Source: Vulcanimicrobiota bacterium
GTDB lineage: Bacteria; Vulcanimicrobiota; Vulcanimicrobiia; Vulcanimicrobiales; Vulcanimicrobiaceae
Assembly (NCBI GenBank): GCA_964658425.1
Contig: CAZZYZ010000001.1
Location: 1 to 58,647, forward strand
Length of the DNA: 58,647 nucleotides
Direction of reading: 5' to 3'
Shown here piece by piece: positions 37,001 to 44,849 of the stretch. The position numbers and the translations under genes are program-made. Position 1 is the stretch's first letter; every line of letters starts with the position of its first letter. The notes under the pieces were generated by a model, which saw only the letters and a program-made list of their open reading frames with translations, ran no database searches and was not told the DNA's origin.

Positions 37001-37201
37001 ATCGACCGTACGCATCGCATCGGTCAGCACCGGGCGGTCACGGCGTACCGCCTCGTCACGAGCGGCACGGTCGAGGAAAAGATTCGCGCGCTCGCGGAAC
37101 GCAAGTCGAGTCTCTCGAAGAACATCATCAAAGCTGATGGTGCGCTCGCGAAATCGCTCACGCGTGAAGACCTCGAACTGCTGCTCGCCGATCCCGAATG
37201 A
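34013..37201 (+). CDS. SNF2-family helicase/ATPase with N-terminal SWIM zinc finger
   Basis: 1062-aa ORF. SWIM CxC..CxH (CSCAGNGICEHV). SNF2_N motifs (LADEMGLGKT, DEAQNAKN, LTGTPVEN). Helicase_C (LKAGGVGLTLT, QAIDRTHRIGQ). Confidence 0.9.
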   Translation: MPATPVAGIAPFRRIWRTILTPFATWRARLPASIGSWFARDLVRIALELAAAKRVSLRTVEDLKIESLVKDPRGPREVSIEWGAGTGPLALRAVCSCAGNGICEHVIATLETVRSQTELEESEPAIPEIDLSWLPAPRIDARQARARSVWPVFTSPDGQTLAATLVLDSPRLRGAVRDAAAIAAMMDQTPVDDWDELDRELLRDEAVQEAFAGRTLPKALARALFRLARHPRLRFDAEPTLGRHPSELPEFRVDLRGITLRAARYGAAFSPVFAGADGTKIAAKEVLVLDGPPVWIATREVVYLTDGTFDVKKTIAAARSLNGASESGPPLTPRTIARVAPFLTPEDRGALGIVDAKRPSGEIALGWTSGALVANLTFIDRETESRAPYTALGAISPHGKGFVRFPGELAAMLRARLLEAGFVPRSSDGFALHGTDRAAAFVRETLPLWDDLDRRLDPGLTDLVRGDVELDINVVAERSGEDSDWFELKVDVFVGGSSEALSPKELAALLSSSGRYAEVRGKLVDVEKLRARNELITDLAERRRSGLAALLALRDELHENFGSVSLPPEVEKMREKLRDFNGIAVVEAPELTGGSLRGYQQRGLDFLAYLSEFGFGGILADEMGLGKTIQVVSYLLRRKQIDGPSPSLVIAPTSVTHTWQNELARFAPELRTLRLHSGSERAARYDEIPNADVVITSYALARLDAQQLSQFNFRALILDEAQNAKNPSSQIARVVRGLHAEHRLALTGTPVENSLRDLWAIFAFVEPGLLGTESSFRKRFEIPIAENDPVAAATLRSRLEPFLLRRTKEDVAPELPDRTEVSLACDLSPLQRRLYRGVAEAARRDVFAVVEEQGLEHATVHVLAALTRLRQICAHPGLLFDEYKNEPDASSKFEAFLETVEEILSGGHRVLVFSAFTSMLRLMRAEFDRRGTAYGYLDGSTKDKDRQDEVARFMDPEGPPIFLCSLKAGGVGLTLTAADYVVLYDPWWNPAVERQAIDRTHRIGQHRAVTAYRLVTSGTVEEKIRALAERKSSLSKNIIKADGALAKSLTREDLELLLADPE

Positions 37202-37404
37202 CGCGCGACGCGTTCGCGTTAGCGTAACCGCGGGCCCCAGCCCGAGAGCCCGGGGTCGGTCTTCGGCATGCGAATGGTGGTCGGTACCTGGTCCGGGCGT
37301 TTGTCGGTCGAATGTGGGACGATCATCGTTTGCTCCTCGGGGTGGCGTGTGATTCGCAGGCATGTAGCGTTCGGTCGCGCCCGTTGTTTCGCGGGCCCGC
37401 GCAC

Positions 37405-38409
37405 GTGAACGGCGATCGTGGGAAGACGCCGAAGATCGCGTTGCTGCTGCGTTTGCTCACCGCGCTCGACGAGGGGCGGCACACCTTCGAATCGCTTAAG
37501 GACCGTATCGATTCGGAACAGCCGCCGAGTACGCGCAGCTTGCGGCGCTATCTCGCGACGCTCGCGGAGGCGGGTTTTCCGTGGCGCTACGATCGCGGCT
37601 CGGGGACGTACGGCTTCGATGCGGGGTATTCGCTGCGGCGGCTCGAGCTCTCGGGCAACGAACTCTTCGGCTTGCTCGCGTTACGCGGTATCGCGACGTC
37701 GCTCGGCGGAAATATCGGCGCGTCGATCGACGAGGTCGCGCAGAAACTCACGAGCGTCGCGGGCGCCGGCACGACGCGGGCGGGCGCGAAGCCGTCGATG
37801 CGCGTGCACCTCGCGGATCCCCATCTCGACGGCGAGCGCAGCGCGAACTTCGAACTGCTGCAGAGAGCGCAGCGCGACCGGCAAAGCGTCCGCTTCGCCT
37901 ACGTCGATAAATCCGATAAGCGCTCGCAACGTCACGTCGACGTCTACGGATTCGTCGTCTCCGGCGGCCGCGTCTACGCCGTCGCGTTCGATCGCGGGCG
38001 CGGCGCGAAGCGCGTCTTCGCGCTCGACAACGTGAGCGAGCCCAAGATCGCGCCGCAGCGCTACAGCATCCCGGACGACTTCGATATCGAGGCGTTCGCG
38101 GCGCGTTCGGTCAGCGGCATCATGGATTCGGGCGCGTCGACGCGGGTCGCGATGCGCTTCTCGCCCGTCATCGCGCGCGCCGCGCGGGCCGATCGCGTCG
38201 TCGCCGAACGCACGATGAGCGATCTGCCGGGCGGCGGCGTCGAGATCGCATACGTCGTCTCCGACCCGAACGAATTCGTTCGCTGGGCGATGAAGTGGGG
38301 TGCGGAGGCCGAGATCATCGCGCCGCCCGACGTCCGGGCCGCGGCCGTCGCGCTCGCGCGTGAGATCGTCGCGCGCTACGCGGAAACGGATTCGACGGCG
38401 GACGCGTAA
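37405..38409 (+). CDS. WYL-domain transcriptional regulator (HTH-WYL-WCX; YafY/PafBC-like)
   Basis: GTG 37405 in track ORF 37312-38409. N-terminal wHTH (IALLLRLLTAL...SLRRYLATLAEAGF). WYL core (RHVDVYGFVVSGGRVYAVAF). C-terminal WCX-like domain. Confidence 0.85.
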   Translation: MNGDRGKTPKIALLLRLLTALDEGRHTFESLKDRIDSEQPPSTRSLRRYLATLAEAGFPWRYDRGSGTYGFDAGYSLRRLELSGNELFGLLALRGIATSLGGNIGASIDEVAQKLTSVAGAGTTRAGAKPSMRVHLADPHLDGERSANFELLQRAQRDRQSVRFAYVDKSDKRSQRHVDVYGFVVSGGRVYAVAFDRGRGAKRVFALDNVSEPKIAPQRYSIPDDFDIEAFAARSVSGIMDSGASTRVAMRFSPVIARAARADRVVAERTMSDLPGGGVEIAYVVSDPNEFVRWAMKWGAEAEIIAPPDVRAAAVALAREIVARYAETDSTADA

Positions 38410-38419
38410 TAGGCATACC

Positions 38420-38929
38420 ATGGCCGCGCCTCGCTTTTCGTTCGCCCTGTTCGCCGCGCTGATCTCGTTCGCGCCGCGGCTCGCCGTCGCGCAGGCGAAC
38501 CTCAATCCGACGATCGACGGCGTTCGCTGCGATCAGGCCGAGGGCGCCGTCTTTCACATCCATCAGCATCTCACGATCGAGGATCACGGCAAGCCGGTCG
38601 CGATCCCGGACGACGTCGGGCGGCCGATCGTCGGGCAGTGCCTCTACTGGACGCACACGCATACGCCCGACGGCCTGATCCACGTCGAATCGCCGACGTT
38701 CCGGACGTTCACGCTCGGGAATTTCTTCGACGTGTGGGGTCAGCCGCTCTCGAAAACCGCGGTCGCCTCCGCGCGGACGAAGCCGGGCCAAGTGCGCGTC
38801 TTCGTCGACGGCCGCCCGTACGCCGGAGATCCGCGGAAGATCGAGCTCTCGCAGCACACGGAGGTCACGCTCGAAGCGGGCCCCCCCTACGCCAAGCCGA
38901 CGCCGTTCACCGACTGGCAGGGCCAGTAG
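38420..38929 (+). CDS. Secreted conserved hypothetical protein (His/Cys-containing)
   Basis: ATG 38420 (MAAPRFSFALFAALISFAPRLAVAQA) in track ORF 38300-38929. Motif CLYWTHTHTPDGLIHVE. No family name recalled. Confidence 0.6.
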   Translation: MAAPRFSFALFAALISFAPRLAVAQANLNPTIDGVRCDQAEGAVFHIHQHLTIEDHGKPVAIPDDVGRPIVGQCLYWTHTHTPDGLIHVESPTFRTFTLGNFFDVWGQPLSKTAVASARTKPGQVRVFVDGRPYAGDPRKIELSQHTEVTLEAGPPYAKPTPFTDWQGQ

Positions 38930-38952
38930 CGCCGTCGCGCCCGCGATCGCGC

Positions 38953-39756
38953 CTACGCGGGCGCGCTCGAAGCGGGTCGGACGTCGAGTAGGGGGCGCAG
39001 CGCCCGCGCGAACGCGCCGAAGCGCGGGGCCGTCTCGGGGGTCGCCGGGAGCGTCGTGTAGACGACGATGACGAAGCGCCGGCCGTCGGCGAGGCGCAAG
39101 ATGCCGCCGTCGTGCGAGGTCTCGTCGGTATCGCCCGTCTTGTGCGCGAAGCGATCGGTCCCAAGAAAGCCCGCCGGGAGTTTCTCGTTCCAATGTTGCG
39201 CTTCGAGCGCGCGGCGGACGACGTCGAACGCCGGGTCGATCGCCCGTGCGATCCGTTCGAAGAGCAACGCGGCATCGTCCGCCGGATGCGCGTTCCGACC
39301 GGTCGCCGCGGGATCGTCGATGAGCGGCAGCGAGCCCGAGAGTTTGCGCCGGATCGCCGTCTCCCGGAGCCCGAGGCGCGCGCAATCGGCGCCGAGCTCG
39401 TCGCGGCCGAGCGTCTCGATGAGGACGTTCGTCGCGACGTTGTCGGAGAAGGAGAGCATCGCCGCCGCAAGCTCGTCGAGTCGCGCCGCGTACCCCGGGA
39501 CGAACGGTGACGGCGCGTCGTTCGCGGTCATCTCGCCTTCGCCGACGCGGACCGTCCGCTCGAAGCGCTCGGCACCCGCGGCGACGCGCGATGCGAGCGC
39601 GACGGCGATCGGGAGCTTGATCATGCTCGCCGGATAGATCGCCGCGGTTGGGCGCAGCGTCGCGTGCGGGCCGCCGTCGAGCGAGCGCACGACGATCGAG
39701 GCGTCCTCGAGGCCGGCCGCCGCCGCCAGCACCTCGAGTGCGAGATCGGTCACCAT
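38953..39756 (-). CDS. Class A beta-lactamase-like serine hydrolase without signal peptide
   Basis: 267-aa ORF. SxxK (SMIK), SDN and KTG boxes at class A spacing. The N-terminus MVTDLALEVLAAAAG is not signal-like. Confidence 0.8.
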   Translation of the reverse strand: MVTDLALEVLAAAAGLEDASIVVRSLDGGPHATLRPTAAIYPASMIKLPIAVALASRVAAGAERFERTVRVGEGEMTANDAPSPFVPGYAARLDELAAAMLSFSDNVATNVLIETLGRDELGADCARLGLRETAIRRKLSGSLPLIDDPAATGRNAHPADDAALLFERIARAIDPAFDVVRRALEAQHWNEKLPAGFLGTDRFAHKTGDTDETSHDGGILRLADGRRFVIVVYTTLPATPETAPRFGAFARALRPLLDVRPASSAPA

Positions 39757-39779
39757 CGTGCGTTCGTGCGTGTACGTGC

Positions 39780-39808
39780 TTGCATCGCATTCGCGGCCGT
39801 GATACAGT
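39780..39808 (+). promoter_or_regulatory. Candidate sigma-70-type promoter for the 39844 operon
   Basis: TTGCAT - 17 nt - TACAGT (4/6 + 4/6 matches), 36 nt upstream of ATG 39844. A GGAGAGG RBS lies between. Sequence-only prediction. Confidence 0.3.
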
Positions 39809-39843
39809 GCGTGTAAGTACCCGCACGGCTCGGAGAGGGCAAG

Positions 39844-40845
39844 ATGCGTATCGTCTCACGATTCACGCTTCCGGACGTTCTGCCGGCCGGCGTTCCCTCA
39901 TTTTTAGAGACGCTCCGCGCGGCCGTCGATTCGGGCGCCTGCGCGATCGCGATCGATCTCGATCCGATCCCCGCGCTCGACGATCGGATCGTGGCGGCGT
40001 TGATCAGCGTGTTGCGTGCGGGGCGCGAGCGCGGCGTGGAAACGGTCCTGATCGTCGGTCGGCCGGAGATGCGCTCCGCGCTCGCCCTCTTCGCCCTCGA
40101 TCGGATCTTTGCGGTGCGGCCGCCGAACGGTCTCGGACTCGCGTGTCCGGACGAGCGCATCGACGTGAAGAAGGCGCGCCGCAAGAATCGGCCGGCCGTC
40201 GCCGGAGCGGCATTCGCGCTCGCGCTCGGCGCCGTGACCGCCGCGGGGGTCGGCGCGTCCGCAAATCTCACGCCCGCGCAGATCGTCACGAACGTCATCG
40301 ATAGCGGCGCGAACGTGAACTCGTACCGCGCGCGCGTCGATGTCGCGCTCCGTCTGCACAGCTTTCCGTTCTTCTCGCAGCGCCTCGCCGGGACGACCTA
40401 TTATAAGCGGCCCGCGAACTTCAAGGTCGTCTTCGATCGCGTCCCGTCCTACGAGCGCAATTTCGAGACCGTCTACTCCGATATCGACGATCCGAGCAGT
40501 TGGCCCGCGCGGTTCACGATCTCGTATTCCGGCTCGCGCACCGTCGGCGACCACACCGATACCGTGTTGCGGCTCGTGCAGAAAGTTCGCGGGATGATCG
40601 ATCACGAGGATGTCGCGATCGATCCGGCCACGTGGCACATCGACGGGATGGAGTGGCACTATTACAACGGCGGGTCGATCGCGATGACGCAGGCATACGA
40701 GAGTGTGGGCGGCTACGCCGTCCTCTCTCGGCAACACGCCGACATTACGATCCCGTACGTCAACGCGGTCGCCGATGCGTCGTATCACGATTACCGAACG
40801 AACGTCGCGATCGACGACAGCGTCTTCGCGCAGCGCGCCAAGTGA
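39844..40845 (+). CDS. Fusion protein: cytoplasmic STAS domain - single TM - periplasmic LolA/RseB-like (lipoprotein-sorting-fold) domain
   Basis: 333-aa ORF. Residues 1-95 show a STAS-like pattern (IAIDLDPIPALDDRIVAALISVLRAGRERGVETVLI). KKARRKNR + AVAGAAFALALGAVTAAGVGA forms the TM. The C-terminal about 200 aa show a LolA-like pattern ending YHDYRTNVAIDDSVF. Confidence 0.6.
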   Translation: MRIVSRFTLPDVLPAGVPSFLETLRAAVDSGACAIAIDLDPIPALDDRIVAALISVLRAGRERGVETVLIVGRPEMRSALALFALDRIFAVRPPNGLGLACPDERIDVKKARRKNRPAVAGAAFALALGAVTAAGVGASANLTPAQIVTNVIDSGANVNSYRARVDVALRLHSFPFFSQRLAGTTYYKRPANFKVVFDRVPSYERNFETVYSDIDDPSSWPARFTISYSGSRTVGDHTDTVLRLVQKVRGMIDHEDVAIDPATWHIDGMEWHYYNGGSIAMTQAYESVGGYAVLSRQHADITIPYVNAVADASYHDYRTNVAIDDSVFAQRAK

Positions 40846-41456
40846 TGCAAGCGACGATCGCATCCACGCCGCGTGCGGGCGCGAGCGAGACGCGGCTGCG
40901 CATCATCGCCGCCGCGCGCGCGATGTACGCACGCAAGGGAAGCCGCGGGATGACGACGCGCGAGGTCGCCGATCTCGCCGCCGTCAACGAGGCCACGCTC
41001 TTCCGGCACTTTCATACGAAGCAGCAGCTCATCGTCGCGATGCTCGATCATTACAACGATGCCTCGGAGATGATCGACGTCCTCGAGCGCCTTCCCGGCT
41101 GCGGCACGCTCGAAGAGCAACTCCGCATCCTCGCGCATTGGGCGATCGAGGCGATGCGGCGAAAAGAAGACCTCATCAAGATCTCGATGGCAGAAGAGAT
41201 TTCCGATCCGGAGGGGTATGCTTGCGTGTGGCGAGCGCCCGCCGCCGCGCGTGCGCTGATCTCGACGTATTTTCAAGGGAAAGTCGACGCGGGCGAGATG
41301 CGCGGCGATCCGGATTGGCTCGCGCGAACGTTCATGTCGCTCTTCTTCGCGTATGTCATGGCTCGCAAATTGTGGGCGGATCTCGTGAACATGCCGCAAG
41401 ACGACGCAGTCGCGTCGATGATAGACGTCTTTTTGAATGGAGCTCGAGCCAGGTAA
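40845..41456 (+). CDS. TetR/AcrR-family transcriptional regulator
   Basis: ATG 40845 in track ORF 40500-41456 (TGATG overlap). HTH TTREVADLAAVNEATLFRHFHTKQQL. Confidence 0.9.
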   Translation: MQATIASTPRAGASETRLRIIAAARAMYARKGSRGMTTREVADLAAVNEATLFRHFHTKQQLIVAMLDHYNDASEMIDVLERLPGCGTLEEQLRILAHWAIEAMRRKEDLIKISMAEEISDPEGYACVWRAPAAARALISTYFQGKVDAGEMRGDPDWLARTFMSLFFAYVMARKLWADLVNMPQDDAVASMIDVFLNGARAR

Positions 41457-42793
41457 TGTCCACGGCAACCGAAGTCGACACGCGACGTACGACGCCGCGC
41501 GGTCCGCTGACGCGACTGATCGTGATCGCGGTCGTCGTGATCGCCGTTCTTTTCGTGCTCGTGTACGCGGTCCACGCGCTCGCGTACGCGATCAGTCACG
41601 AGACGACCGACGACGCCACGATCGACGCCGATCAAGTACAGCTCACGAGCAAGATCTCCGAGCGCGTCGATGCGATCGCATCGAATACGAATCAGTACGT
41701 TCGCAAGGGCCAGCTCATCATCTCGCTCGACGATAGCGAGGAACGCGATCGCTATCAGCAGGCACTGGCCGACGTCAACGCGCAGCGCGCGAACACGTTC
41801 GCGGCGCAGGAGAACGTCACGCTCACGCGCGTGACGCAGCAGGCGCAGAATCTCGAGAATCGCGGCGCGATCGAACAGGCCGACGCGGGCGTTCGCGCCG
41901 CCGCCGCCGACTCGAACTCCGCGCAGAAGCAGATCGCGGTCGCCGCGGCGGCGGTGACGACCTCGGTCGCGCAGCTCCGGGCGACGCAAGCGGCCGTGCC
42001 GGGTTCGCTCGAGCAGTTGCGCCGCGCCGATGCCGATCTGCGGCGTACGCAATCGCTCGTCTCGACGGGCGATCTCGCGGTCACGCAGCTCGACGCGACT
42101 CGCGCGACGTATCAGCAAGCGCGTTCGTCGTACGCGCAGTCGCTCGCGAACGTCTCGGCGTCGGAAGCGAGCGTCGCGCAGGCCGAGCAGCGCTTGGAAT
42201 CGCAGCGCTTTACGGCTCAGGGCTCGGTCGCGCAGATCGGCGTTCAAGAGGCCCAACTGACGACCGCGCGCGGGAAGTACGACGAGAGCAGCGCGCCGAG
42301 CCGGATCCGCACGCAACAGGCGAGCGCGAACGCGCAGCAGGCGCAGATCTCGTCGCTCCGGTCGGCGTTGCGCACGGCGGCCGATAACCTCTCGTACACG
42401 CGGATCGTCTCGCCGATCGACGCGTTCATCGGCGAAAAAGATATCGAGGTCGGCCAGACCGTCGCGCCCGGTCAGGCGCTGATCACCCTGATCCCGGCGA
42501 ACGGTATCTACATCACGGCGAACTTCAAGGAGACGCAAGTCGGGCACATGCACGTCGGCGACGAGGTCGACATCAACGTCGATGCGTACGGCGGGCATCC
42601 GTTCGTGGGCCACGTCGAGAATCTCTCACCGGCATCGCAGAACTCGTTCAGCCTCGTCCCCGCGCAAAACGCGACGGGGAACTTCGTGAAGATCACGCAG
42701 CGCGTCCCCGTCCGGATCCTATTCGATCGTCCCGATTCGCGCTTTCCGCTCCGTCCCGGCCTCTCCGTCGAGACGTCGGTCAAAGTCAAATAG
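41456..42793 (+). CDS. HlyD/EmrA-type membrane fusion (periplasmic adaptor) protein
   Basis: ATG 41456 in track ORF 40703-42793 (TAATG overlap). N-terminal TM, lipoyl-like halves (QLTSKISERV.. / VSPIDAFIG), long coiled-coil, beta-barrel domain. Confidence 0.88.
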   Translation: MSTATEVDTRRTTPRGPLTRLIVIAVVVIAVLFVLVYAVHALAYAISHETTDDATIDADQVQLTSKISERVDAIASNTNQYVRKGQLIISLDDSEERDRYQQALADVNAQRANTFAAQENVTLTRVTQQAQNLENRGAIEQADAGVRAAAADSNSAQKQIAVAAAAVTTSVAQLRATQAAVPGSLEQLRRADADLRRTQSLVSTGDLAVTQLDATRATYQQARSSYAQSLANVSASEASVAQAEQRLESQRFTAQGSVAQIGVQEAQLTTARGKYDESSAPSRIRTQQASANAQQAQISSLRSALRTAADNLSYTRIVSPIDAFIGEKDIEVGQTVAPGQALITLIPANGIYITANFKETQVGHMHVGDEVDINVDAYGGHPFVGHVENLSPASQNSFSLVPAQNATGNFVKITQRVPVRILFDRPDSRFPLRPGLSVETSVKVK

Positions 42794-42813
42794 GGTTGCT
42801 CGTGAACGTTTTC

Positions 42814-44763
42814 ATGCGTCGCGGCACGCGCGCGGCGTTTGCGGCACTCGTGCTCGCGAGCCTCACGACCTACGCATCCGCGATCCCGCGCGCCCGAGCG
42901 GCCGCACGTCCGTCGCCGGCGCCGACGGCCGGCACGGAATTCGCGATCCCGCCGCTCGCGAAGCCGATCCCGCTCGCGACGCCCGCGCTCATCGCGACGC
43001 CGGCGCCGACGTCGACCGCAACGCAGAATCTCGTCCTGCCGCCCGTCCCCGCGCTCGCGACGATCTCGCCCGGCGGCAAAGAGCTGCCCTCGGGCGGGAT
43101 CGTCGGCGCCGCGGAACCGTTCGTCGGCATCTCGCTCACCGATGCGATCGGCATGGCGTTGCGGCGCAATACCGACCTCGCGGTCTCGCAGAGCAATCGC
43201 CGCATCGCCGCGTATCAGATCGTGACGGCGCGCGGTGCGTACGATCTGAACCTGCAAGTAATGCCGTCGTACACGGTTGCGATCACGCCGCCCGTATCGG
43301 CGCTCCAGACGGGCCCGAACGGCGCGCCCGAAGAGCGCGTCACCGCGGGAGCGACGCTCGGCGTCTCGCAGCTCACGGGTTCGGGCGGCCGGATCCAGGC
43401 GAGCACGCAAGCGCAGCGCATCAACGATAATATTCTCTACGATACGTACAATCCGTATTACGAAGCGTCGTTCGCGCTATCGTATTCGCAGCCGCTCGCG
43501 CGTAATCTCGCGATCGACGTGTACCGCGAGCAACTGCAACTCACGAAGATCAATCGCGACCTCACGAGCGATAACGCGCTGCTCACCGCATCCAACACGA
43601 TCGATTCCGTCTCGGTCGCCTACGACAATCTCATCTCCGCTTGGAAGAACGTCGGCATTCAAGAAGACTCGCTCTTGCAAGCGAAGGCGCAGAGCGAATC
43701 GAACGCGCGCCTCGTGCGCCGGGGGCAGTCCGCACCGATCGACGTCGTCCAATCGAACGAGCAGATCAACGAGTTCCAGGATAGCGTCTATTCGGCGATC
43801 CAAAACGTCGCGACGCAGCAGAACCAGCTCAAGTCGCTGATCCTCTCCGATCCCGCGGATGCGATCTGGACGGCGAACCTCGTTCCGACGACGCCCGTCG
43901 GTGCCGCACCGCCCGAACCGTCGTTGACGGACGTGACGGTCGCCGCGCTCGATCATCGGCCCGAGGTCGCGCAGCTGCGCGACGATCTGCGCAGCCAGAA
44001 CGTTCGCGTCGCGTACAGCAAGGATCAGACGAAGCCGCAGGTCGATCTCAACTTCAGCATCACCGAACTAGGCTTCGCGGGCGCGCAGCAGAACGTCAGC
44101 AATACGCCGCTGTTTTCCGTCCTCACGCAGGAGATTTCGACGCTCAATGCGCTGGTCGCAGCGGCGAACGCCGCGGCCGCTCCCGGCACGCCGCCGCTCG
44201 CGACGATATCCGGCGCCGGCCTATCGAGCCCGCTGCAGCCCGGCAGCGTCGGGAAGATCGGTGCCGCCTATCACAGCGCGCTCGTGAGTCAGTATCCGCA
44301 ATATCAGGTCTCGGCGACGATCGGCTTCCCGTTGCAGAATCGGGTCGCGAAGAGCGAGCTCGCGATCGCGCGCGAACAACGCGCGCAATACCTCACGCAG
44401 GAGCTCGCGCTCGTGCAGCGCGTGCAGCTCGAATCGCGAAACGCGTTGCAGGCCTACCGTTCGGCCCGATCGCGGCTCATCGCCGCGTCGGCCGCCCGAG
44501 ATGCCGCCGCACGCGTCTCCGCGAGCGAGATCCGGAGATTCCGCGCCGGCGAATCGACGACGTACCTCGTCTTGCAGCGCCAGGTGATGCTATCGAACGA
44601 GCGCCTGCGCGAACTGCAAGCGCAAACCGACGTCGCGAACGCGCTCGTCGAACTCGATCGCGTGACGGGGGCGATCCTCTCGAAGAACAACGTGGACGTC
44701 GGTTCGCTCGGGACCGGCCCGCAGGGCAACGTGCCCGTCCTCGTGACGCCGACGAAACGCTAA
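42814..44763 (+). CDS. TolC-family outer-membrane efflux protein with Pro-rich N-terminal linker
   Basis: ATG 42814 (MRRGTRAAFAALVLASLTTYASA signal) in track ORF 42796-44763. Two OEP repeats (LTDAIGMALRRNTDL..., LDHRPEVAQLRDDL...). Confidence 0.85.
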   Translation: MRRGTRAAFAALVLASLTTYASAIPRARAAARPSPAPTAGTEFAIPPLAKPIPLATPALIATPAPTSTATQNLVLPPVPALATISPGGKELPSGGIVGAAEPFVGISLTDAIGMALRRNTDLAVSQSNRRIAAYQIVTARGAYDLNLQVMPSYTVAITPPVSALQTGPNGAPEERVTAGATLGVSQLTGSGGRIQASTQAQRINDNILYDTYNPYYEASFALSYSQPLARNLAIDVYREQLQLTKINRDLTSDNALLTASNTIDSVSVAYDNLISAWKNVGIQEDSLLQAKAQSESNARLVRRGQSAPIDVVQSNEQINEFQDSVYSAIQNVATQQNQLKSLILSDPADAIWTANLVPTTPVGAAPPEPSLTDVTVAALDHRPEVAQLRDDLRSQNVRVAYSKDQTKPQVDLNFSITELGFAGAQQNVSNTPLFSVLTQEISTLNALVAAANAAAAPGTPPLATISGAGLSSPLQPGSVGKIGAAYHSALVSQYPQYQVSATIGFPLQNRVAKSELAIAREQRAQYLTQELALVQRVQLESRNALQAYRSARSRLIAASAARDAAARVSASEIRRFRAGESTTYLVLQRQVMLSNERLRELQAQTDVANALVELDRVTGAILSKNNVDVGSLGTGPQGNVPVLVTPTKR

Positions 44764-44849
44764 CGCTCGATTCGTGATCCGAACCAGGTGTGGCGGCCGC
44801 ACCTTCCGGGTACTCCTCTATCGTGGCACACATGAGGAGCTATTCGAAG

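Noticed and set aside
37202-37404. PafBC-type RecA-NDp promoter motif in front of the WYL gene
   Set aside because: Only the upstream half (ttgtcggt, about 37300-37307) is present. The expected TAnnnT at 8-nt spacing is absent.
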